Shown here: positions 18,562-28,303 of the stretch, in pieces
How positions within the stretch are numbered: the first letter of the stretch is position 1
How the letters are laid out: every line of letters starts with the position of its first letter
Position numbers and translations under genes: made by a program
The notes under the pieces: generated by a model
The model's input: the letters and a program-made list of their open reading frames with translations, nothing else
Database searches by the model: none
What the model was told of the DNA's origin: nothing
DNA from: Synechococcus sp. A15-28
GTDB taxonomy: Bacteria > Cyanobacteriota > Cyanobacteriia > PCC-6307 > Cyanobiaceae
Reading direction: 5' to 3'
DNA length: 32,000 nucleotides
NCBI RefSeq assembly: GCF_014280175.1
Contig: NZ_CP047931.1
Location: 1,020,001 to 1,052,000 of the forward strand

Positions 18562-18844
18562 CTATGGGAGGTGGGAGGCTCTTGGCCCGATAGGCACATC
18601 AGTGCAGTTCCGACCTCTACTTTCTGTTTTCAGTCGGGTAATCATGATCTCCGTATCCGAGCCTGAAACGATGACGGGCTGCTGCCTTTGTCTGTGGGCC
18701 AAGTTAAAAGCCTCGTTTGAGACTCCAAACGCATCGTGGGGAAGAATTTCACTTTTCCAAGCCGTAACGTCACCGTGGCCATCAGCTGTTGATACAACGC
18801 GACGAATGAGGCCAACAACTTCCCCATCAATGTGGGGCTTGTAA
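18562..18844 (-). pseudogene. Candidate C-terminal gene remnant downstream of tRNA-Ser (no start codon found in the expected place)
   Basis: Reverse strand reads without stop ...RYKPHIDGEVVGLIRRVVSTADGHGDVTAWKSEILPHDAFGVSNEAFNLAHRQRQQPVIVSGSDTEIMITRLKTESRGRNCTDVPIGPRASHLP* ending at TAG (18564..18562), while its 5' side runs straight into the tRNA. Confidence 0.3.
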
Positions 18845-18931
18845 CGGAGAGGGTGGGATTCGAACCCACGGTGCCCGTGAAGGCACGCTGGTTTTCAAGA
18901 CCAGAGCCATAAACCACTCGACCACCTCTCC
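18845..18931 (-). tRNA. tRNA-Ser (anticodon UGA)
   Basis: GGAGAGGTGGTCGAGTGG...GGTCTTGAAAACC (anticodon stem-loop, TGA)...long variable arm...GGGTTCGAATCCC T arm...CCTCTCC-G acceptor; 87 nt. Confidence 0.95.
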
Positions 18932-18990
18932 AGGGGTCAGCGCCAGAACGATCGAGCGCTGATTTGACTTTAAGTCAGCTTGCGTACTGA

Positions 18991-21321
18991 TCAGCTTTCC
19001 GGTTTGGCCAGCGGCAGCAGGCACTTGTCCGAATCACAGCCGGCGGGGCCGGCTTCCTTCAGTTCGCTGCTGTCGTAACGCTGCAAGGCCTCGAAGAAAT
19101 CGCTGCTGACGCGGCGTTGAATCACTTCGGACTGCAGACGTTCGTAGGTGGCTGCATCGATGGGCTCGAAGGGCAGGCGCGGGAACGTGGCGTTGGCGTC
19201 AAAGCGAGCCAACAGCGCTGCGGAGATGTATCCCTCGCCGTTCTCCATCGCCTTGTGCAGCGCGTCCGCCAGCGGCTCGATTTCGTGGTCGCGGAATTCG
19301 ATCGTGGCGGAGGTGTTGTGGGCGGTGTAGTGCGTCTGCACCTGCATGTAGAAGTCGAACTGGGCCATGGCTGAGAAGCCGTTGATGTCCACCGCATCGG
19401 CGCCTGGAAGATTGGCCCAGCTCACTTCTGTGGGGATTTCCACCAGCCACTCGGTGCAGCGGGGATCAAAGGGATCATCCAGCAGCCGACCCTGTTCGTC
19501 CTTGTCGGATTGAGACGGCACCACGGTGTAGCCGTAGTCCATGCAAGCCATCGCCACCGGGTCGTTCTTGCGGAAGGTGATGCGGCGGATGAAGCGCTGT
19601 GCTTTGGGGGGGTGCCAGCCAGGAGCTGCACCGGTCAACAGGCTCTTCGTGCCGGCAGGTTGAACGGTGGTGCAGCGGTTGGGGCGGCGCAGACCATGGC
19701 GATCGCAGTAATCCCAAACCGTGTCGTTCACCACCTGCTTCCAGCGGCTGAGGTAGTCAGCTTCCTTGGCCTTGAAGGCACGACCTTCCTCGGTGTCGGG
19801 CCTGCCGGCTTCCCACCAACGCAGCCAGTCGCTGCCGAAGGCATGGACGAAGAAGTCGAACAGACCGGTGAAGCTGACGCCCACAATCGGATCCCATTCC
19901 CGGCTCTGGCGGTATCGCTCCACCTCGAAGCGGTGGTTGAGCAGACAAGCCACCGACAATGCCGCGGCCCGGAAGGCGTCAGCCTGGCCTTCTTCGTCGC
20001 TGGGATCGATCTGGTTGAGATGAATCTCCGCCAGGTTGCAGTGGAAATCGGCTCCGAGAATTTCGCCGCAGGGATTGAGGCCGTAGCGGCTGAGGCGATG
20101 CTCGAGCTCCTCCGGCGCAATGGGGCCATGGTTGGTGCTGAGCCAGCGACCGGCTTCCTCCTTGCCCTGATCGCAGTAGATCTCGATGAACTCGCTGCGC
20201 AGTTCCGGGGTGTTGAGCAGATCAGCGTTGGACCGTGCGATCGCTTCCGGAGCGAACTGGATGGCCCCCTCACCGGAGTGGAACTGCTTGGTGACCGCCG
20301 CCAGCACCACCTCTTTGCTGGGACGTGTGTGATACACCCGGGTGTGATTGGCCATGCGCAGGGCATCCCGCTCCGGGTCGATGCGCCAGTTGCCCTGGTC
20401 ATCCTGTTGCCAGAGGTTGTCCTTGGCTGACGCCGCAGCGGTGTCGTCGGCGGCGAACTGGCGCATGCCGGCACTGCGTCGGATGTTGCCGGCCACGATG
20501 GTGACGGCGGCTTCATCGATCAGCAGGCAGCACTCCACAGACGTCAGTCGCCGTCCGATGGCTTTGTTCAGCAGTCGAGCCACCCGGCCATAGAGGTCCT
20601 TCAGCTTCACGGGGTTGGCCATGCCGCCGAAGCCCTTCAGGGTTTCGCCCACGGGACGGACATCGTTGAGATCGACCTCGATCTCGACGGTTCCGCCGTC
20701 GAAGCGAGGGTCACTGCTCAGCTCCAGCATCAACTGGTAGCTGTCCACCCAACCCCGACGGGTGTCGCCCAACTTGATGCGAACGCGGTTGCCGTCGATC
20801 GTGTGGGTGCAGTCGTCCTGACGTGCCTCTGCCGCTGTGATGCCGATGTCCGACACCGACACCACGTCGAGGGTGTTTCGCACGATCGGCAACCGCTCGA
20901 TCAGGTGCGGTTCGATGATGGCGCCGGTGCCGCAGCCCATCATCGCCAGGTCCATCATCAGGCCGAAGGCCCGCCAGTCCACCAAGTTGGTGGAGGTGCA
21001 GTTGTAGGCGCCGGAGAAGTTCACCGACTGCTCGATCCAGCCCGTTCCTCCAATCCAGAGCCAGCGACCTGAGGGGAGGGCTTTCTTCTCGCTCTGCATG
21101 CGCGCCAGCAGTGCCACCTCCTCGTCGTTCAGGTTCCCCAGCTGCCGCAGTCCGCCGAGATTGCGGTCACCAACCTGGCTCCAGCTCTCGCGGCCATCGG
21201 GAGTCTTGCGGCTGTAAGTCCTGTAGAAGACAGGATTGGCGGCAGGTGCGGTGGCGGGGAAGTCGCTGAAACGAGCGCTGTCGCTCGCGGCGACCTCCAC
21301 GCGATTCGGGGTCAGGGTCAC
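18991..21321 (-). CDS. nrdJ: Adenosylcobalamin-dependent (class II, monomeric) ribonucleoside-triphosphate reductase
   Basis: 776 aa; ALPSGRWLWIGG, NPCGEI (LNPCGEILG), TVQPAGTKSLLTG, C-terminal CDSDKC redox pair. Confidence 0.95.
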   Translation of the reverse strand: MTLTPNRVEVAASDSARFSDFPATAPAANPVFYRTYSRKTPDGRESWSQVGDRNLGGLRQLGNLNDEEVALLARMQSEKKALPSGRWLWIGGTGWIEQSVNFSGAYNCTSTNLVDWRAFGLMMDLAMMGCGTGAIIEPHLIERLPIVRNTLDVVSVSDIGITAAEARQDDCTHTIDGNRVRIKLGDTRRGWVDSYQLMLELSSDPRFDGGTVEIEVDLNDVRPVGETLKGFGGMANPVKLKDLYGRVARLLNKAIGRRLTSVECCLLIDEAAVTIVAGNIRRSAGMRQFAADDTAAASAKDNLWQQDDQGNWRIDPERDALRMANHTRVYHTRPSKEVVLAAVTKQFHSGEGAIQFAPEAIARSNADLLNTPELRSEFIEIYCDQGKEEAGRWLSTNHGPIAPEELEHRLSRYGLNPCGEILGADFHCNLAEIHLNQIDPSDEEGQADAFRAAALSVACLLNHRFEVERYRQSREWDPIVGVSFTGLFDFFVHAFGSDWLRWWEAGRPDTEEGRAFKAKEADYLSRWKQVVNDTVWDYCDRHGLRRPNRCTTVQPAGTKSLLTGAAPGWHPPKAQRFIRRITFRKNDPVAMACMDYGYTVVPSQSDKDEQGRLLDDPFDPRCTEWLVEIPTEVSWANLPGADAVDINGFSAMAQFDFYMQVQTHYTAHNTSATIEFRDHEIEPLADALHKAMENGEGYISAALLARFDANATFPRLPFEPIDAATYERLQSEVIQRRVSSDFFEALQRYDSSELKEAGPAGCDSDKCLLPLAKPES

Positions 21322-21436
21322 GTGCGATGGAGCACAGATGTTGTCGAAACCCTAACGCCACAGATGGGGGCAGCAAGGGGTGCTTGCCACCATTGGCAGT
21401 GTCCTGAGCAGACTGGTGGGCCACGTCTCAACGCGG

Positions 21437-22099
21437 ATGCAGCGATTGCCGGAGCCCGAGCTGATGCGCGACGTCGTTCAAGTGATGGCCTACGCCGCAG
21501 CGGATTTCAGTGCTGGAGATCAGCGCACCCTGGCGTTGATTGATGCTCTGTTCACCTCTCCACCCACTGGCACTGCTCCAGCTGTGATCCTCGACCTGGG
21601 CTGCGGGCCTGGGAACATCACCCTGCCCCTGGCCCGACGTTTCCCTGGGGCACAGGTCATCGGCGTGGATGGTTCCCCAGCGATGCTGGAGGTGGCCAGG
21701 GAACGGGCGGACCAGCAGGGTCTTCAGATTGACTTGCGCTGCAGCACCCTTCAGGGTCTGGCGCTGGAGCCGGTCGACCTGATCGTCAGCAACAGCCTGC
21801 TCCATCACTTGCACGAGCCCGACCTGCTCTGGCGGCTGACGCGCAGGTTTGCTGCCCCTGGCTGTCGGGTGCTGCACCGCGACCTGCGTCGTCCGGTCTC
21901 CTTGGCGGAGGTGCACCGTCTGCAGCAGCTCCATTGCCCCGATGCGCCGGCGGTGTTGATTCAGGATTTCTGTGCCTCCTTGGTGGCTGCCTTTACCCCT
22001 GAAGAGGTTCGACAGCAGTTGGCGGCGGCGGGATTGGACGCACTCAGCGTGGAGGCGGAGGACGACCGTTATCTGGTGGTGTCAGGCTTGGTGGATTGA
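21437..22099 (+). CDS. Class I SAM-dependent methyltransferase
   Basis: [42 protein letters not shown]...[21 protein letters not shown]; alternative GTG start at 21380. Confidence 0.9.
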   Translation: MQRLPEPELMRDVVQVMAYAAADFSAGDQRTLALIDALFTSPPTGTAPAVILDLGCGPGNITLPLARRFPGAQVIGVDGSPAMLEVARERADQQGLQIDLRCSTLQGLALEPVDLIVSNSLLHHLHEPDLLWRLTRRFAAPGCRVLHRDLRRPVSLAEVHRLQQLHCPDAPAVLIQDFCASLVAAFTPEEVRQQLAAAGLDALSVEAEDDRYLVVSGLVD

Positions 22100-22108
22100 C
22101 AGCGAGCG

Positions 22109-23752
22109 ATGAGCAGCACCACGGCGAGTGAGACAGACCTGGCCGAATTGGTGGCGGAGGCGGTGGACCGTCGCCGCAACTTCGCGATCATTTCTCACCC
22201 GGATGCTGGCAAGACAACCCTGACGGAAAAGCTGCTGCTGTACGGCGGTGCGATTCAGCAAGCCGGTGCGGTGAAGGCCCGCGGCGAACAACGCAAGGTG
22301 ACCTCGGACTGGATGGAGCTGGAGAAACAGCGGGGCATCTCGATCACGTCCACAGTGCTGCAGTTCGATTACGACACCACCACGATCAACCTGCTGGATA
22401 CCCCTGGTCACCAGGATTTCTCCGAGGACACCTATCGGACCCTGGCGGCTGCCGACAACGCTGTGATGCTCGAGGACGCCGCCAAGGGCCTTGAGCCTCA
22501 GACCCGCAAGTTGTTTGAGGTGTGCCGGATGCGGAAGATTCCGATCTTCACCTTCATCAACAAGATGGACCGTCCCGGCCGGGAGCCTCTGACGCTCCTG
22601 GACGAGATTGAATCCGAACTGGAGCTGACCCCCTGGGCCGTGAACTGGCCCATCGGCAGCGGTGAGCAGTTTCGGGGGGTGATCGACCGCCGCAGCCGCG
22701 AGGTGGTTCTGTTCAGTCGAGCCGAGCGGGGCAAGCAGGCCGAGGAACAGAAGCTGTCCCTTGATGATCCAGCCCTGCGGGAGTTGGTGGAAGAGGAGCT
22801 GTTGGATCTGGCGATCGAGGAGATGGAGTTACTCGATGCCGCCGGTGCCGAGCTCGACATCGAGATGGTGCATGCCGGCGAACTCACACCGGTGTTCTTC
22901 GGCTCAGCGATGACGAACTTCGGGGTGCGGCCGTTTCTCGATGCTTTCCTGGAAATGGCCCAGCGTCCGATTGCCCGTTCCAGCAGCGAAGGCTTGATCG
23001 ACCCGCTGCGGGAGGGGTTCAGCGGGTTTGTGTTCAAGCTCCAGGCCAACATGGATCCCCGCCATCGGGATCGGGTCGCGTTCGTGCGGGTCTGCAGCGG
23101 GCGCTTTGAGAAAGATATGACGGTGAAGCACGCCCGCACCGGTAAGGCGATTCGCTTATCCAGACCGCAGAAGCTGTTCGGACAGGATCGGGCAGTGGTG
23201 GAGGACGCCTACCCGGGCGATGTGATCGGCTTGAACAACCCAGGCATGTTCTCCATCGGCGACACCCTGTATGTGGGGCCGAAGGTGGAATTTGAGGGTA
23301 TTCCCTGTTTCAGCCCGGAGATCTTCAGCTGGTTGCGTAATCCAAACCCCTCCGCGTTCAAGAACTTCCGCAAGGGCGTGAATGAATTACGGGAGGAAGG
23401 TGCGGTTCAGATCCTTTACGACGTCGATGAGAGCAAGCGTGATCCGATCCTGGCGGCGGTTGGTCAGTTGCAATTGGAGGTGGTTCAGCATCGCCTCGAG
23501 AGCGAATACGGCGTCGAAACCCGGTTGGAACCCCTGGGTTATCAGGTGGCCCGCTGGGTCGCTGGTGGCTGGCCGGAGCTGGAGAAGCTGGGCCGGATTT
23601 TCAACTGCAAAACCGTCCGCGATGCCTGGAACAGGCCTGTTCTTCTGTTCAAGAACGAGTGGAACCTGAATCAATTGAAGGAGGACCACCCCGACTTCGA
23701 ACTGAGCAATGTGGCTCCTGTGGTGAGTGGGGTGGAGCCGATCAGTCTCTGA
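22109..23752 (+). CDS. prfC: Peptide chain release factor 3
   Basis: [35 protein letters not shown]...[16 protein letters not shown]; 547 aa. Confidence 0.96.
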   Translation: MSSTTASETDLAELVAEAVDRRRNFAIISHPDAGKTTLTEKLLLYGGAIQQAGAVKARGEQRKVTSDWMELEKQRGISITSTVLQFDYDTTTINLLDTPGHQDFSEDTYRTLAAADNAVMLEDAAKGLEPQTRKLFEVCRMRKIPIFTFINKMDRPGREPLTLLDEIESELELTPWAVNWPIGSGEQFRGVIDRRSREVVLFSRAERGKQAEEQKLSLDDPALRELVEEELLDLAIEEMELLDAAGAELDIEMVHAGELTPVFFGSAMTNFGVRPFLDAFLEMAQRPIARSSSEGLIDPLREGFSGFVFKLQANMDPRHRDRVAFVRVCSGRFEKDMTVKHARTGKAIRLSRPQKLFGQDRAVVEDAYPGDVIGLNNPGMFSIGDTLYVGPKVEFEGIPCFSPEIFSWLRNPNPSAFKNFRKGVNELREEGAVQILYDVDESKRDPILAAVGQLQLEVVQHRLESEYGVETRLEPLGYQVARWVAGGWPELEKLGRIFNCKTVRDAWNRPVLLFKNEWNLNQLKEDHPDFELSNVAPVVSGVEPISL

Positions 23753-23760
23753 GGGTCCGT

Positions 23761-23952
23761 TCAGCGGGAGCTGAAGCGCACCGCCCGCTTGGTTCCCCAC
23801 AAATTGCGCTGCCGTTGTTCGGCTTCGTTGATGCAGCGCTGTGCCTCAGCGCGGGAGAGACAGGTTCTGGCCTTTTCCTCCACCGCCATCAAGGCCAGGA
23901 GCTCGTTCAGGGTGTTCATGGCGATCAGCCCAAGTGATTCATCATTAACCAT
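23761..23952 (-). CDS. Small hypothetical protein, 63 aa
   Basis: MVNDESLGLIAMNTLNELLALMAVEEKARTCLSRAEAQRCINEAEQRQRNLWGTKRAVRFSSR; protein-like, intergenic-filling position. Confidence 0.5.
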   Translation of the reverse strand: MVNDESLGLIAMNTLNELLALMAVEEKARTCLSRAEAQRCINEAEQRQRNLWGTKRAVRFSSR

Positions 23953-24064
23953 CTCTTAACCGTATGCAAGTTGTTGCTGTCTGGCCGCCGGTCTGCAAGC
24001 CCTCATCGGCTCACAGGCCACGCTTCTGATCGCCAGACTGCTCGGACTGATTCGTGGCGATCAC

Positions 24065-24286
24065 TTGGACAGTCTCTGGCTTGTGCGAAGCACGGCGGAC
24101 GGCGGCACCGAGTACGTCTGTTTTCGTTCCGGCCGTGAATCCGTCGAAATGCTGGAGGGGTTCCACCTCCCTCCGCAGATGCCCCTGATCAAGCGTCGCC
24201 GCTGGTTGAACCGCTCCGAGGCCCTGAGTTGCCGTCAGAACCTTGAACGTTCTGAGGGTTTCCGTCACGGCAAGGCTCTGTTCTGA
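24065..24286 (+). CDS. Hypothetical protein, start uncertain
   Basis: MDSLWLVRSTADGGTEYVCFRSGRESVEMLEGFHLPPQMPLIKRRRWLNRSEALSCRQNLERSEGFRHGKALF from TTG; open frame extends upstream to about 23960 without an ATG/GTG. Confidence 0.45.
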   Translation: MDSLWLVRSTADGGTEYVCFRSGRESVEMLEGFHLPPQMPLIKRRRWLNRSEALSCRQNLERSEGFRHGKALF

Positions 24287-24328
24287 GCTGGTCTCGATAC
24301 GCTCTTGTCATGTTGTTACTGAAAGGGC

Positions 24329-25024
24329 ATGGCTGCCGTCGGTGAATCCGGTCCTTCGTCCGGCTCGGAGGATCCCTACGCCCGGCTGGGCCTTGCCCCA
24401 GGGGCCAGCTTCGATGAGGTTCAGGCGGCCCGCAGCCGTTGTCTGGCCCAGACCGATGACGATCCCCAGGCCAAGGCTCGAGTGGAAGCCGCCTACGACG
24501 CTGTTCTGATGGCTCGCCTCCGAGACCGCCAGCAGGGACAGGTCAGTGCCGCTGCCGCGACGGCGTCGCAGAAGGAGGAGTCGGCGGCGTCTGCCAGTCC
24601 ATCCGTGCCGTCTCTTCTGGGGGTCAGCGTTCTGCAGCGGCTTCGTCCTCGCCTTCCTCAGGCCGCACCCTCCCTCTCCGGGATGTCTCCGTCATGGTCT
24701 CTGGCTGAGGGCCAGGGTCTGGTGGTCCGCCTGGTGGCCGGTGCAGCAGCGTTATTGCTGTTGCTGTTCTCACAGGGCTCCGGTTCCTTGGTCCTGGCCC
24801 TGGGCCTGATCGGCTGTTTCCTGAGTCAGATCCGACGGGGTCGCCGTCCTCTTCCTTCCCTCGGTTGGTGCCTGTTGGTGCTTGGCCTCGGCTTGGTGGT
24901 GGGCGGAGTCCTAACGGCATCGTTGTCCCCCACAGCCTTCAGCCAGCTGAGCTTGAGCCTCGAGCAGGCTCAAGCCCTGCCTGCGGCAGTTCTGCTCTGG
25001 CTTGCTTCGCTGTTGCTGGCCTAA
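24329..25024 (+). CDS. CPP1-like (J-like domain plus C-terminal transmembrane helices) protein
   Basis: [57 protein letters not shown] followed by several hydrophobic helices; domain layout of cyanobacterial/plastid CPP1-like proteins. Confidence 0.8.
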   Translation: MAAVGESGPSSGSEDPYARLGLAPGASFDEVQAARSRCLAQTDDDPQAKARVEAAYDAVLMARLRDRQQGQVSAAAATASQKEESAASASPSVPSLLGVSVLQRLRPRLPQAAPSLSGMSPSWSLAEGQGLVVRLVAGAAALLLLLFSQGSGSLVLALGLIGCFLSQIRRGRRPLPSLGWCLLVLGLGLVVGGVLTASLSPTAFSQLSLSLEQAQALPAAVLLWLASLLLA

Positions 25025-25938
25025 GAGGCTGGTGCCAGCTCGGCGATCAGCTCCTCCAGTTCAGGGCCGCTGACTTCATAACGGTTGTTGCAGAAGTGAC
25101 AGGTGAGTTCCGCTCCACCGTCCTTCTCCAACATGTCGGCCAATTCCGTTCGTCCGACGAGCATCAGGGCGGCCACACTGCGTTCGCGACTGCAGCGGCA
25201 GTGAAACCGCACGGGATGCTGGGCATCCGCGTCCTCCAGGGGGCGGGGATCCAGATCCGGGAAAACATCCACCAGCAGGTCCTCGAGCTGGTCGCCGCAA
25301 CGGTCCAGTCGTCCGCTGAAATCATCAATCTCGCGGCAGCGCTGTTCAAGGAGTTCCACAAGCGCAGGTTCTTCGGCCGCTTTGGGCAGGATCTGAACAA
25401 GAAGTCCGCCGCTGCTGTGAAGTTTCTGGCTGCTGATCCGTTCACCGACGAACACCGCCGATGGTGTCTGCTCTGAGTGCAGCAGATAGGAGGCAACGTC
25501 ATCACCGATCCCGCCGCTCACCAGTTCGACGGTGCTGTTGAACGGTTCCCCCTTGCCGTCATCGCGCATGACATGCAGATAACCGGTGCCGGCAGCGGCC
25601 TTGAAGTCGAAGCTGTGGTTCCCATCGGCGTCGATCACCGGATCCAGCTCCAGGGTGTTGTCGCCCACGTATCCCCGTACCGTTCCATCCCGGCCGGCAT
25701 CCACCATCAGTCCCTTCAGTGGTCCATCGGAGCCGAGCCTGAGGTTGACGCGCCCGTGCCGCACTTTCATCGAACTGGACAGCATCAGGCCGGCGGCCAT
25801 GGCCCGACCCAGCATCGCGGTGGAGAGGTAGGAGAGCTCATGACGCCGCCGTGCCTCCCGCACGGTGTTGGTCGTGGAGACCGCCACCAGTCGAATGCCA
25901 CCCCCTGCAGCTGTCGCTCTCACCAGGCGGTCGGCCAT
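25021..25938 (-). CDS. hslO: Redox-regulated chaperone Hsp33
   Basis: 305 aa; C-terminal zinc motif [15 protein letters not shown] and upstream [11 protein letters not shown]. Confidence 0.94.
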   Translation of the reverse strand: MADRLVRATAAGGGIRLVAVSTTNTVREARRRHELSYLSTAMLGRAMAAGLMLSSSMKVRHGRVNLRLGSDGPLKGLMVDAGRDGTVRGYVGDNTLELDPVIDADGNHSFDFKAAAGTGYLHVMRDDGKGEPFNSTVELVSGGIGDDVASYLLHSEQTPSAVFVGERISSQKLHSSGGLLVQILPKAAEEPALVELLEQRCREIDDFSGRLDRCGDQLEDLLVDVFPDLDPRPLEDADAQHPVRFHCRCSRERSVAALMLVGRTELADMLEKDGGAELTCHFCNNRYEVSGPELEELIAELAPAS

Positions 25939-25947
25939 GGAACCCCT

Positions 25948-26592
25948 TCAAGCTCCGGGCAATGTAGTCACCGGTTCCAGACAGCCGTTCCGCAGCCGAT
26001 ACCGCTCGCAGGCCCAATCGTGGAACAGTTGCGGCTCATGGGTCACGACGATCAGCACCCGTTGCTTTGACAGGTTGCTCAGCAGATTGAGCACGTCGGC
26101 GCGGACCGACCAGTCCAACCCTGCCGTCGGTTCATCCAGCAGCAGCAGTTCCGCCCCGCGCAGCAGCTGCACCGCTAAGGCCAGGCGTCGTTGCTGGCCG
26201 CCACTGAGTCGTTCCGGTGCGTCGCTCATGCGCAGGGCCGTCAGGCCGACGGTGTCCAGTGCTGTCTGCAGCTGATCGCTGTCCAGTCGCCGGTGACCGA
26301 GGCGCAGTTCCTGGGCAATGGTCAACCCGAGGAAATGGCGTTCCGGGAACTGAAACACCATTCCACTGAGCCAGCGTCGCTGCCGTTTGCTCAGCTCTCG
26401 CCCCTTCCAGCGGATGCTGCCCCGCAGTTGGCCACTCAGGCCGGCGATCACCTCCAGCAGACTTGTCTTGCCACTGCCGCTGGCTCCGGCAACAAGCACA
26501 GGACGGCCGATGTCGGCCTTGAGGGAGACATCCGTCAGCAGTGGCCGTGCCGCGGTGGCCGGCGCGTAGTCGAGGGACTGAAGGTCGAGCAT
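25948..26592 (-). CDS. ABC transporter ATP-binding protein
   Basis: Walker A VAGASGSGKTSLL, signature RLSGGQQRRLALAVQLL, Walker B ELLLLDEPTAG, H-loop VVTHEP. Confidence 0.92.
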   Translation of the reverse strand: MLDLQSLDYAPATAARPLLTDVSLKADIGRPVLVAGASGSGKTSLLEVIAGLSGQLRGSIRWKGRELSKRQRRWLSGMVFQFPERHFLGLTIAQELRLGHRRLDSDQLQTALDTVGLTALRMSDAPERLSGGQQRRLALAVQLLRGAELLLLDEPTAGLDWSVRADVLNLLSNLSKQRVLIVVTHEPQLFHDWACERYRLRNGCLEPVTTLPGA

Positions 26593-26637
26593 GGACCACA
26601 GCTTGACCGATGATGAAGTCACCTCACTGGTCCCTCC

Positions 26638-27087
26638 ATGGACGTTCGTTTCCGCGAGGTGGATCCGTTCAATTGCTGGATCTGGCTGCGTTTCGCTTCA
26701 CCGCCGAGTCAGGGGGAGCGCAATTACGTCGATGGCATCTTCGACAGCTGGTATGTGATCGGTCGCCTCGGCGGTTTCAACGCCGAAAACCTTCAGGTCC
26801 ATGAGGAAGGTGCTGATCTCAGCTGGATGGCTTACGACAACGACGAAGCCGATTCGGTGATGCCAGCCCTGATGCACAACATGGGCCAGCTGGAGTATCA
26901 GGCCGAATGGGGCCGTTGCTGGGTCGACATGGGCACCAGCGATGGCGTTGGGATCGATGTGTTGATCAATGCCCTGCGTCAGCTGGATACGGATGTGGTG
27001 CAGATCGAAGAGCTGCTGATCGGCGGTGTCAATGAGGACTGGCCGGTGGAGGACCACCCCGACAGCCTCTTCCCGTCAGGTGGCTGA
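26638..27087 (+). CDS. Conserved cyanobacterial/plastid protein (DUF3531-like)
   Basis: MDVRFREVDPFNCWIWLRFASPPSQGERNYVDGIFDSWYVIGRLGGFNAENLQVHEEGADLSWMAYDNDEADSVMPALMHNMGQLEYQAEWGRCWVDMGTSDGVGIDVLINALRQLD. Confidence 0.85.
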   Translation: MDVRFREVDPFNCWIWLRFASPPSQGERNYVDGIFDSWYVIGRLGGFNAENLQVHEEGADLSWMAYDNDEADSVMPALMHNMGQLEYQAEWGRCWVDMGTSDGVGIDVLINALRQLDTDVVQIEELLIGGVNEDWPVEDHPDSLFPSGG

Positions 27088-27808
27088 GCTGCGGCGGCTG
27101 CTGATGGCCCCGCAACGGCTGGCGGCTGTTGAGGCGAACCACCCGGCCATTCCACTGGAGGCGTCCGAACAGCACTACCTGCGTCGTGTTCTGCGTTGCC
27201 GAGTGGGAGACAGCATCGCCGTGGTCGATGGCTGCGGGTCGCTCTGGCAGGCCCAGTTGATCAGCGCCGATGCTTTGCAGCTTTCCGGTCCTTCTAAACA
27301 AGTCGAACCTGCCCCGTCGCCGCGGCTGGGCCTGGGGCTGGCCCTGATTCGTCGCGGCTTTGAGGACGCGCTGCGTATGGCCTGTGAACTGGGGGTGGAT
27401 GAGATTCAACCGCTTCAAGCCGACCGCTGCACCCCCCAGGCGGAGCGCCGGCCCGAGCGCTGGTCCACGATTCTCCAGGAGGCGGTGGAGCAGTGTGAAC
27501 GCCTCTGGGCACCAGCTCTGAAACCCGTCTGCAGCCTTGATCAGTGGTCCGGTGGCCAGCACCCCGTGGCCGTGGGTGTCACCCGTCGCTCCGATACCCC
27601 AGCCTTGAGCGACTGGCTCAAAGGGACCCCTGGCTCGGACGGCATGGTCTGGTTGCTGGTGGGTCCTGAGGGCGGCTGGAGCGATGCTGAGGATCAGCTG
27701 ATCTGCTCCAGGAGGTGGCAGCCGGTGCACCTGGGACACACAATTCTGCGTAGCTCAACGGCCGCCGTGCGGGGCAGCGTTGAGCTGCTGCGGTGGCGGG
27801 ATGGATGA
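27080..27808 (+). CDS. rsmE: 16S rRNA (uracil1498-N3)-methyltransferase
   Basis: HYLRRVLRCRVGDSIAVVDGCGSLWQAQL...VWLLVGPEGGWSDAEDQLI...LGHTILRSSTAAVRG; GTG start overlapping the upstream gene (GTGGCTGA). Confidence 0.92.
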   Translation: MAELRRLLMAPQRLAAVEANHPAIPLEASEQHYLRRVLRCRVGDSIAVVDGCGSLWQAQLISADALQLSGPSKQVEPAPSPRLGLGLALIRRGFEDALRMACELGVDEIQPLQADRCTPQAERRPERWSTILQEAVEQCERLWAPALKPVCSLDQWSGGQHPVAVGVTRRSDTPALSDWLKGTPGSDGMVWLLVGPEGGWSDAEDQLICSRRWQPVHLGHTILRSSTAAVRGSVELLRWRDG

Positions 27809-27820
27809 ATTTGATGCCGA

Positions 27821-28216
27821 TCAGCTCTTGAACAGGTCGCCGGCGATGGTCATGAAGCCCTTCATGCCGGCGCCGGGACGGCGCTTGCCAGCCCGCAGGC
27901 CTGCACCCGGCATCAGGTTGGACGGGGCATAGGTGCTCATCGTCACGGCGGGCCGAGCGGCCTGGCTTGCGGCGAGTTCAGCGGCGATGGCCTCGGCGGT
28001 GGTTTGAACCGCTGCTGTGTCGTTGGCTGTACCGCTAGCGACGGGCTGCTCTGCAGGGATCGACGTTGGGGCGGTGGTCACCACCACCTCGGCCTGAGGT
28101 TCCTCCTGCGGCGTGGAGCTCTCTTCGACAGCGACCGTTTCAGGCAGGTCCAGGCGGACCGGCTCGGCGCTCTCATCGAGCGTCAGAAAGAAGCTCTTGT
28201 TCTGGTTGAACAGCAT
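27821..28216 (-). CDS. Hypothetical protein, Ala/Glu/Thr-rich
   Basis: MLFNQNKSFFLTLDESAEPVRLDLPETVAVEESSTPQEEP...TYAPSNLMPGAGLRAGKRRPGAGMKGFMTIAGDLFKS; low-complexity centre, conserved-looking C-terminus. Confidence 0.7.
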   Translation of the reverse strand: MLFNQNKSFFLTLDESAEPVRLDLPETVAVEESSTPQEEPQAEVVVTTAPTSIPAEQPVASGTANDTAAVQTTAEAIAAELAASQAARPAVTMSTYAPSNLMPGAGLRAGKRRPGAGMKGFMTIAGDLFKS

Positions 28217-28303
28217 GCCGAGGGTTCCACTGACAACAGCGATGATTCTCCGATGCAAGGCCCTGTTCGCGGGCTTTGCTTACGGCACTGCAACACGGCA
28301 TCA

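Noticed and set aside
18602-18844. Plus-strand 80-aa ORF MQFRPLLSVFSRVIMISVSEPETM...
   Set aside because: Antisense to the more protein-like remnant frame; no recognisable motif and no support for expression.
18642-18917. Minus-strand ORF of 91 aa beginning MVYGSGLENQRAFTGTVGSNPTLSV
   Set aside because: Its N-terminal part is a translation of tRNA-Ser(UGA), a familiar false ORF; an overlapping frame looks more protein-like.
18991-21321. Possible intein or split in the class II ribonucleotide reductase, often seen in cyanobacterial RNR genes
   Set aside because: The 776-aa protein is continuous and of normal length for the monomeric class II enzyme, with no intein splice motifs seen.
22498-23139. 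213-aa minus-strand ORF within prfC
   Set aside because: Antisense shadow of prfC.
25021-25024. Convergent stop codons of the CPP1-like gene and hslO sharing CTAA
   Set aside because: A 4-nt overlap is normal compaction for this genome and not informative.
24865-26275. Long plus-strand ORFs (203, 197 and 136 aa) across hslO and the ABC ATPase gene
   Set aside because: Shadow ORFs opposite strongly recognisable hslO and ABC genes; no family motifs.
27029-27739. Long minus-strand ORF (236 aa) antisense to rsmE
   Set aside because: High-GC shadow ORF; the plus strand encodes recognisable RsmE.
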